NCBI GenBank assembly: GCA_048633705.1
Contig: JAIWBS010000009.1
Location: 1-12,176 of the forward strand
Length of the DNA stretch: 12,176 nucleotides
From: Pirellulales bacterium
GTDB taxonomy: Bacteria > Patescibacteriota > Patescibacteriia > JBDRGY01
Reading direction: 5' to 3'
The translations under genes were made by a program, and so were the position numbers. The notes under the pieces were generated by a model. That model did no database searches. It saw only the letters and a list, made by a program, of their open reading frames with translations, and was not told the DNA's origin. Of this stretch, positions 6,862 through 12,176 are shown in pieces (within the stretch, counting starts at the first letter, position 1; every line of letters begins with the position of its first letter).

Positions 6862-6870
6862 TGCTATAAT
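6862..6870 (+). promoter_or_regulatory. Extended -10 element TGcTATAAT, 6 nt upstream of the ATG at 6877 (leaderless-type)
   Basis: TGCTATAAT at 6862-6870. ATG at 6877 with no SD. This is the same architecture as at 1645-1663. Confidence 0.4.
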
Positions 6871-6876
6871 AAGGGC

Positions 6877-8427
6877 ATGAAGGTAATTACCAAAAAGGAA
6901 TGGCTTTGGGTTTTGATTTTTGCCTGTTTGGTGATGTTGGTAACAGTGGTTCCTTATATTTATGGAATGTTAATCAAGCCGGACAATTTGTATTTTTCCG
7001 GGGTGCACCGCTTAAATTCTGGCGATACTTATTCTTATCTGGCTTGGATGCAGCAAGCCAGAGAAGGTAACTGGCTATTCAAGATATTATACACAACTGA
7101 AGCACAGCCCAGAGTGATTTTCTTGCCGTTTTTTCTGGTGATGGGTTGGTTGGCCCGATTGACCAATTTATCCAATATTGCCTTTTTTCATTTATCCCGG
7201 TTTATTTTAGGGATAATTTTTTTATTGGTGGCCTATAAATTTTTGGCTCTGTTTTTTAATGAAGTTAGAAAAAGGAAAATTGCTTTGGCTGTTTTGGCCT
7301 TGAGTTCTGGTTTGGGTTGGTTATTTGGCAATTACAGTTTATCGACTGATAAATTCATGACCGAGTCCATTACCTTTTTAAATCTTTATGAATCCCCTCT
7401 CAATTTAATTTCTTTAATATTGATACTTACAACTTTTTATTTTTTACTACGCTCTTTTAAGGAGAATCAAAAGAGATTTATTGGTTTTTCTGGTTTGTCT
7501 TTGTTATTTTTACATTTGATTCATCCTTTTGATTCTATAACCGTAATGATTACTGTGGTTTTTTTGATGACTTTTTTATTCCTTTACAGTCGAGATTTTT
7601 GGCCTAAATTGAAAACGGCTATTTTTGTTATTTTGATTAGCTTGCCAGGATTATTTATTACCATTTTCGCCTTTATCAAAAATCCGGCTTTGCATAGCTG
7701 GCACGAAGCTAATGTCAGACTTTCTCCTTCTTTCTGGGCTTATTTATCGGGTTACGGTTTGTTGATAGTACTGGCCTTGTTTAGTATCAAAAAGTTTTCA
7801 GTTAAAGAAGACAAATTCTCTTTGGTTATGGCTTGGTTGATTACCACTTTAATTTTGATTTGGCAACCTTTTCTTCATTTCCAAAGAAAGTTTGCTTTAG
7901 GGTTGCATATCCCCATTGTTATTTTGGCGGTGATCGGTCTTTTCGGGCTGGCCAAGAAATTTAAATTATCCCGCAAATTTGTTATTGGTTTAATTATTGT
8001 CTTATCCTTTACCAACATCAAGATAATGTTAAACGACACCTATTCTTTCGACTCCCTGACTGCTCCTTATTATTGGAACCAGGATTATATCACGGCGATC
8101 GAGTGGCTGGCGGATCAAGAAAAAGGAGTAGTTTTGACTAATCCTAGTATTTCTAATATTGTTCCGGGTTTATCTGGTCAGACAGTTTATTCAGGACATA
8201 CTGATCAAACTAAAGATAGAGAGCATAAAATTGAAGAATTCAAATGGTTTATCAGTAGTCAGGGGACAATCACTGCCAAAAGGCAATTCTTGAGCGATAA
8301 AGGCATTAATTATATTCTTTATTTGACTGATTTAGTTGACGAGGATTATGTTTTAGTTCATCAAGATGATTTGGGATTAGAGCAAATTTATTTCAATGAC
8401 AGCTGTGCAATTTTCGGTTATAATTAA
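6877..8427 (+). CDS. Polytopic membrane protein, putative GT-C-fold glycosyltransferase (PMT_2/ArnT-like), with a C-terminal extracytoplasmic domain
   Basis: The 6877..8427 ORF has ~11 predicted TM helices. The first loop motif 'SGDTYSYLAWMQQAREGNWLF' resembles the ArnT/PMT 'DExRYAEIAREMxxSGDWxxP' region. A ~150-aa soluble C-terminal domain follows. The call rests on motif and topology only. Confidence 0.45.
   Translation: MKVITKKEWLWVLIFACLVMLVTVVPYIYGMLIKPDNLYFSGVHRLNSGDTYSYLAWMQQAREGNWLFKILYTTEAQPRVIFLPFFLVMGWLARLTNLSNIAFFHLSRFILGIIFLLVAYKFLALFFNEVRKRKIALAVLALSSGLGWLFGNYSLSTDKFMTESITFLNLYESPLNLISLILILTTFYFLLRSFKENQKRFIGFSGLSLLFLHLIHPFDSITVMITVVFLMTFLFLYSRDFWPKLKTAIFVILISLPGLFITIFAFIKNPALHSWHEANVRLSPSFWAYLSGYGLLIVLALFSIKKFSVKEDKFSLVMAWLITTLILIWQPFLHFQRKFALGLHIPIVILAVIGLFGLAKKFKLSRKFVIGLIIVLSFTNIKIMLNDTYSFDSLTAPYYWNQDYITAIEWLADQEKGVVLTNPSISNIVPGLSGQTVYSGHTDQTKDREHKIEEFKWFISSQGTITAKRQFLSDKGINYILYLTDLVDEDYVLVHQDDLGLEQIYFNDSCAIFGYN
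8396..8424 (+). promoter_or_regulatory. Candidate promoter for the large surface-protein gene, embedded in the 3' end of the upstream CDS: -35 ATGACA, 17-nt spacer, -10 TATAAT
   Basis: ATGACA at 8396-8401 and TATAAT at 8419-8424. AAGG lies 4 nt before ATG 8462. Confidence 0.35.
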
Positions 8428-8461
8428 TAATATCCGATTTACCATTAATAATTTAAGGTTT

Positions 8462-11400
8462 ATGAAGAAAGTATTCAGTTTAATGGTCGTAATCGTCCTC
8501 ATAGGCGGTTTTTTTGTTCCAAAAAGTATAGTCCAAGCTACTTACGGTGATGTGACGACTTATCTCGGTCATATATATGGCGGCGATGGTGGTCCAGCCC
8601 TGGATGCCTATTTAGATTTTCCAGAGGACATTGCAGTGGATTCTTCAGGTAATTTTTTTGTGGCTGATACCTATAATAATGTTATCCGGAAAATTAATTC
8701 ATCAGGCACTATTTCCACTTTGGCCGGTACCGGTTCTAATGGTTTGACTAATGGTGTAGCTTTATCAGCTGAATTTTCTTTGCCCAGGGGAGTGGCCCTA
8801 GACGGATCCGGTAATGTTTATGTAGCGGATACGGGTAATAACGTTATTAGAAAAATATCAGGGGGAACAGTAACTACTTTAGTTAGCTCAGGTTTATCCG
8901 GGCCAGAGGGTTTGGTGGTTTACGGTTCAACCGTTTTCATCGCTGATACCGGCAATGATGCCATAAAAACAGTATCAACTTCTGGAGGCTCGGTGGCTAC
9001 TTTAGCCGGTTCGGGATTAAGTTCTCCCAAAAAAATTGACATCTCCAGTGGCGGTACACTTTTATACGTAGCTGATGCTGGTAGTTATCGAGTTTTGACT
9101 GTAGACACCGGAACCGGGGCAGTGGCTGTTTTAGCCGGCTCTGGAACCGAAGGATATCAAGAGGGAATTGGCACGGCAGCCAAGTTTCAAAACATCTGGG
9201 GGGTTACTCTTTACGATGGATATCTTTATGTAGCCGATGGGGATGGTTATGACGACTTGATCAGAAAGATTGACACTAGTACCGGCGAAACCAGTTTGTA
9301 CGCCGATGACAGTAATATGCTGTCAATCAATTTCGGTACCGGAATCAAAGTTTATGACGGATACATCTATTTATGCAATTCAGGGATCGGGACAATTCAT
9401 AAATTCAATTTACTGGACGATGGTGACAATGAACTATTTGCCGGTTATGAGCGATTTGGCTACCGCAATGGCACTAATCCGCTTTTTGGCCGGCCGCATG
9501 ATATGGTTATGACTAAAGACGGATCAACTTTTTATTTGGCTGATAATAATAAAATTAGAAAAATAGTTAAAGCGACTGGTAATACATCTTACATAACTGG
9601 CTCCTCGGTTGATAATTATCGAGAAGGTTTGCCAATGGGAGCCTCGGGTGGTATCGGAGTAGAGTCTCGCTTTAGTACCATTGCTTCTATTACTATTAAT
9701 AATGCCGGTACCTCCTTGTATCTAGTCGACCGTTGGAATAACCGTATTCGTAAAGTTGATTTATCTGATCCTGATTACCAAACATATCTGATTTCCGGGG
9801 CAGGACGAATAAACACCACTGGGCAGCAGACACACGGCTACCAAGAAGGGAAAAAATGTGTTTCGGTCAAAGATAAAGACGAGACATTTACCAAACAATC
9901 AGGTTGTGCCTATTTTGACAACCCCGCCGGAATTGTTATCTCTCCCGATAATAGCTATTTATATGTGGCTGATACCAATAATCAGCGAATTCGTAAGGTC
10001 AGTATTATCGACGGCCAGACTTCATTGGTAGCTGGCTCGGGTAGTGCTGCCTATAAAGATGGCACAGGATTGGCTGCCAGTTTTCACACACCTTATGGTA
10101 TAGCCATTGATCAATCTGGAGATTATTTATACGTGGCTGATCGGGATAATCACCGGATTAGAACAATTAATACCACGACCGGGGTGGTAACTACTTTGGC
10201 TGGCAACGGAACAGCTGGCTATCGAGACGCTATCGGTACGGATGCCGTATTTTCCTACCCAGAATATATTAAGATGGGAGCTGACGGTAATCTGTACGTG
10301 ACCGAAGTGGGTTCACACCGGATTCGAGTAGTAAATCCGATTACCGGCGACACCAGATTGGTAGCAGGTTCAGGCGATCGGGGTTTTGCTAACGGGGCCA
10401 AGGAGGAAGCAGAGTTCAATAATTTGGAAGGAATTGCCCCAGATACCGCCAATGACACAGTTTACGTAATAGACTCCTGGAATGATTTGATTCGCCAGGT
10501 GGATATCACTGGCGAGATTCCTTATACTGAACCGGCTCCAACAGTAACCTCTGTTGATCCGGATTTTGTGGAACCCAAATGGGACGACGGTACTGGTTTG
10601 CGGGTGAGGATTTTAGGTACCAATTTCCGTCATGGAGCAATTACCCAGTTTTACAATTATCGGGCAGAGGAGACTTATGTAGTTTCCAGTACAGAATTAG
10701 TTGCCGAATTGCCACTGGATCAAATGGCAGCCGGTTATTATGATGTCAAAGTAACTAATTTGGATGGTCAGTCAGCCACCTTGTCCAAGGGAATCGGAAT
10801 TTCTGATAATCTGGGCAGTGTTCCGGACGAACACTTTGCTTTGCCGGGAACGGTAAGTAATGAGGAAATAACTGTAGCTGAGGGTACTAGTTTTTACGCT
10901 TATGCCGAATCAATTCGCGGTGGTTATTACGTGGCAGTTGGCAATGTGAGGGATGATAATCGGGAAGAAATTGTGACCGGAACCGGAGAAGGGCTGGGAC
11001 CTCAAGTTCGAGTATTTGATTTGGAAGGCAATGATAAAACTACATTTTTTGCATACGCAGAACATTTAAGGTCGGGTATCAGGGTAGCGGTGGGAGATTT
11101 AAACGGCGATGGCAGGAACGAAATAATTACCGCTCCTGGTCCGGGTGGTCGTCCCCATATCCAGACTTTTGACGGTGATGGTAATCGATTAAATCCCGGT
11201 TTTATGGCTTTGGACGGGCAGTTTTTAGGTGGAGCTTTTGTAGCCTGTGGAGATATTAATGGTGATGGTAAAGACGAAATTATTGTTACAGCAGGGCCGG
11301 GTGGAGGACCGCATGTTACTGTTCACAATGGTGATGGGGAATTGTTAGCTTCTTTCTTTGCTTATGATCAGCATACTTTCCGTTATGGCATCAGACCGGC

Positions 11401-11821
11401 AGTTTTGGATCTAGACGGCGATGGTAAGATGGAAATCCTAACCGGCCCGGCAACCGGTTCACCTCACATTCAGACTTTCCAAATCAGGCCTAATGAAATC
11501 CGACAGCTTAATCCGGGTTTTTACGCCTATGATCCTGACTACAAGGGAGGAGTGTCAGTAACGGGAGGTGATATAGATGGTGATGGAGAGGATGAAATAA
11601 TAACCGGAGTAGGTGATCAAGCCACTCCTCTGGTTAGGGTATTTGATAATGACGGTTCTGGTCTTATCCGCCAAGAATTTTACGCCTATAACACTTCTTT
11701 TCTATCAGGAGTCAATGTTGCCTCCGGTGATGTAGACGGGGATGATATTGATGAAGTGGTTATGTCGCCTATGGCTGACGGAGGACCACAGATCAGGATA
11801 ATTGAAGTGGATAGATTATAG
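8462..11821 (+). CDS. Large secreted/surface multi-domain protein: signal peptide, 12 NHL repeats (two predicted 6-bladed beta-propellers), an IPT/TIG Ig-like domain, and 6 FG-GAP-like Ca-binding repeats
   Basis: This is the 8396..11821 ORF. ATG 8462 begins a signal peptide 'MKKVFSLMVVIVLIGGFFVPKSIVQA|TY'. There are twelve 'YVADxxNxRIRKI'-type NHL blades. The TIG-like segment is 'PTVTSVDPDF...YDVKVTNLDGQS'. Six ~51-aa repeats read 'F(Y)AY...GDxDGDGxxEIIT..G....P.v.vF'. No C-terminal anchor or LPXTG motif is present. Confidence 0.8.
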   Translation: MKKVFSLMVVIVLIGGFFVPKSIVQATYGDVTTYLGHIYGGDGGPALDAYLDFPEDIAVDSSGNFFVADTYNNVIRKINSSGTISTLAGTGSNGLTNGVALSAEFSLPRGVALDGSGNVYVADTGNNVIRKISGGTVTTLVSSGLSGPEGLVVYGSTVFIADTGNDAIKTVSTSGGSVATLAGSGLSSPKKIDISSGGTLLYVADAGSYRVLTVDTGTGAVAVLAGSGTEGYQEGIGTAAKFQNIWGVTLYDGYLYVADGDGYDDLIRKIDTSTGETSLYADDSNMLSINFGTGIKVYDGYIYLCNSGIGTIHKFNLLDDGDNELFAGYERFGYRNGTNPLFGRPHDMVMTKDGSTFYLADNNKIRKIVKATGNTSYITGSSVDNYREGLPMGASGGIGVESRFSTIASITINNAGTSLYLVDRWNNRIRKVDLSDPDYQTYLISGAGRINTTGQQTHGYQEGKKCVSVKDKDETFTKQSGCAYFDNPAGIVISPDNSYLYVADTNNQRIRKVSIIDGQTSLVAGSGSAAYKDGTGLAASFHTPYGIAIDQSGDYLYVADRDNHRIRTINTTTGVVTTLAGNGTAGYRDAIGTDAVFSYPEYIKMGADGNLYVTEVGSHRIRVVNPITGDTRLVAGSGDRGFANGAKEEAEFNNLEGIAPDTANDTVYVIDSWNDLIRQVDITGEIPYTEPAPTVTSVDPDFVEPKWDDGTGLRVRILGTNFRHGAITQFYNYRAEETYVVSSTELVAELPLDQMAAGYYDVKVTNLDGQSATLSKGIGISDNLGSVPDEHFALPGTVSNEEITVAEGTSFYAYAESIRGGYYVAVGNVRDDNREEIVTGTGEGLGPQVRVFDLEGNDKTTFFAYAEHLRSGIRVAVGDLNGDGRNEIITAPGPGGRPHIQTFDGDGNRLNPGFMALDGQFLGGAFVACGDINGDGKDEIIVTAGPGGGPHVTVHNGDGELLASFFAYDQHTFRYGIRPAVLDLDGDGKMEILTGPATGSPHIQTFQIRPNEIRQLNPGFYAYDPDYKGGVSVTGGDIDGDGEDEIITGVGDQATPLVRVFDNDGSGLIRQEFYAYNTSFLSGVNVASGDVDGDDIDEVVMSPMADGGPQIRIIEVDRL
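8540..10510 (+). repeat. Intragenic array of 12 NHL repeats (protein-level tandem repeats)
   Basis: Recurring motifs include VADTYNNVIRKIN, VADTGNNVIRKIS, IADTGNDAIKTVS, VADAGSYRVLTVD, LIRKID, LADNNKIRKIVK, LVDRWNNRIRKVD, VADTNNQRIRKVS, VADRDNHRIRTIN, VTEVGSHRIRVVN and VIDSWNDLIRQVD. Confidence 0.7.
10889..11818 (+). repeat. Intragenic array of 6 FG-GAP/integrin-alpha-like repeats with DxDGDGxxE calcium-binding loops, period ~150-165 nt
   Basis: Repeat starts are at ~10892, 11044, 11200, 11353, 11518 and 11668 (FYAYAE, FFAYAE, FMALDG, FFAYDQ, FYAYDP, FYAYNT). Each is followed by GDLNGDGRNEIITAPGPGGRPHIQTF-type segments. Confidence 0.65.
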
Positions 11822-11907
11822 GAGTATAGATATTACCCTGGAAGAGGTGATCAAAAAAATCAGAGCCAAAGCAGGCGTTTAATTTTTCTAAATTCATAAA
11901 TATCCTT

Positions 11908-11936
11908 TTGACAAAAAGTTAAATTTAGTGTATAAT
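11908..11936 (+). promoter_or_regulatory. Consensus sigma70 promoter: -35 TTGACA, 17-nt spacer, -10 TATAAT
   Basis: TTGACA at 11908-11913. Spacer 11914-11930. TATAAT at 11931-11936 with TG immediately upstream. TSS ~11943. Confidence 0.6.
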
Positions 11937-12005
11937 AGTAGTAAGAAATATATTAATCTTGCAGTAAAGTACGGATAGATGATTAATAAATTAATCGGAG
12001 AAAAT

Positions 12006-12033
12006 TAGACCTTTTGTAGGTCTTTTATAATTT
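12006..12033 (+). other. Terminator-like hairpin (AGACCT / AGGTCT, 5-nt loop) plus a U-rich tract, ending 1 nt before the ATG at 12034. Candidate leader attenuator.
   Basis: AGACCT at 12006-12011, loop TTTGT, AGGTCT at 12017-12022, then TTTATAATTTT. It lies ~65-90 nt downstream of the consensus promoter. Confidence 0.35.
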
Positions 12034-12176
12034 TATGAAAAGCGAACATAAATCAAAACAAACTTCCGGAAATTTGGCCAAGGCGATCTTGTTAGTGATT
12101 GGCTTTGGTTTTTAAAGAAGAATGCGTGGTTTATACTTACGTTATTCAGAGTGAAAAAGATGGTAAATGGTATACC
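12034..12176 (+). CDS. 3'-truncated ORF encoding a small N-terminally anchored membrane protein (47+ aa, runs off the window)
   Basis: ATG at 12034. My own translation reads MKSEHKSKQTSGNLAKAILLVIGLWFLKKNAWFILTLFRVKKMVNGIP with no stop before the window end. It shows a basic N-terminus followed by a hydrophobic helix. It is not in the supplied ORF track because it is truncated. Confidence 0.35.

Noticed and set aside
4047-6862. Short direct repeat TGACAAATT (4047-4055) and TGACAAAATT (6853-6862) flanking the high-GC island, as possible att or target-site duplication
   Set aside because: The match is only 9-10 nt and imperfect, in an AT-rich background, and it overlaps promoter -35-like hexamers. 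No integrase or transposase is present in the window. That is not enough to claim a mobile-element boundary.
8396-8461. ORF-track start at ATG 8396 (MTAVQFSVIINNIRFTINNLRF...) for the surface protein
   Set aside because: It overlaps the upstream gene's last 32 nt and has no RBS. The internal ATG 8462 starts a canonical signal peptide preceded by AAGG. The 8396-8424 stretch instead reads as a -35/-10 promoter.
9270-10458. ORFs 9270..9512 (+) and 10255..10458 (-) inside the surface-protein gene
   Set aside because: They are nested in the long NHL-repeat CDS and are spurious.
12025-12030. TATAAT at 12025-12030 as a promoter for the ORF at 12034
   Set aside because: It lies only 3 nt upstream of the ATG, so the TSS would fall inside the coding sequence. 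It is more likely part of the U/A-rich tail of the leader hairpin.
1-12176. tRNA or rRNA genes, CRISPR arrays, transposases or integrases
   Set aside because: No tRNA-like T-arm/anticodon architecture was found. There are no regularly spaced direct repeats. No ORF resembles an integrase or transposase.

Overview
Low-GC (~35-40%) bacterial window, consistent with a CPR/Patescibacteria-like or Firmicutes-like genome, with every supported gene on the + strand. Order of features: (1) a ComEC competence-domain ORF that runs off the 5' edge, followed by a separate, 8-nt-overlapping ORF carrying the ComEC-type metallo-beta-lactamase domain. (2) Two tandem membrane-anchored DsbA/BdbD-like thiol-disulfide oxidoreductases and lgt. 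(3) A compositionally foreign ~2.7-kb high-GC (~55-60%) insert with a consensus sigma70 promoter upstream and a strong intrinsic terminator downstream. It encodes an SPFH/band-7 flotillin-like membrane protein and a polytopic membrane protein with a novel Cys/Trp-rich C-terminal domain. This is the best candidate for an undescribed, horizontally acquired two-gene membrane module. (4) A GT-C-type (PMT/ArnT-like) membrane glycosyltransferase candidate. (5) A 1120-aa secreted protein with 12 NHL blades, a TIG domain and 6 FG-GAP-like Ca-binding repeats. (6) A consensus promoter with a structured leader preceding a 3'-truncated small membrane-protein ORF. No tRNA or rRNA genes, CRISPR arrays or transposase/integrase genes were found.
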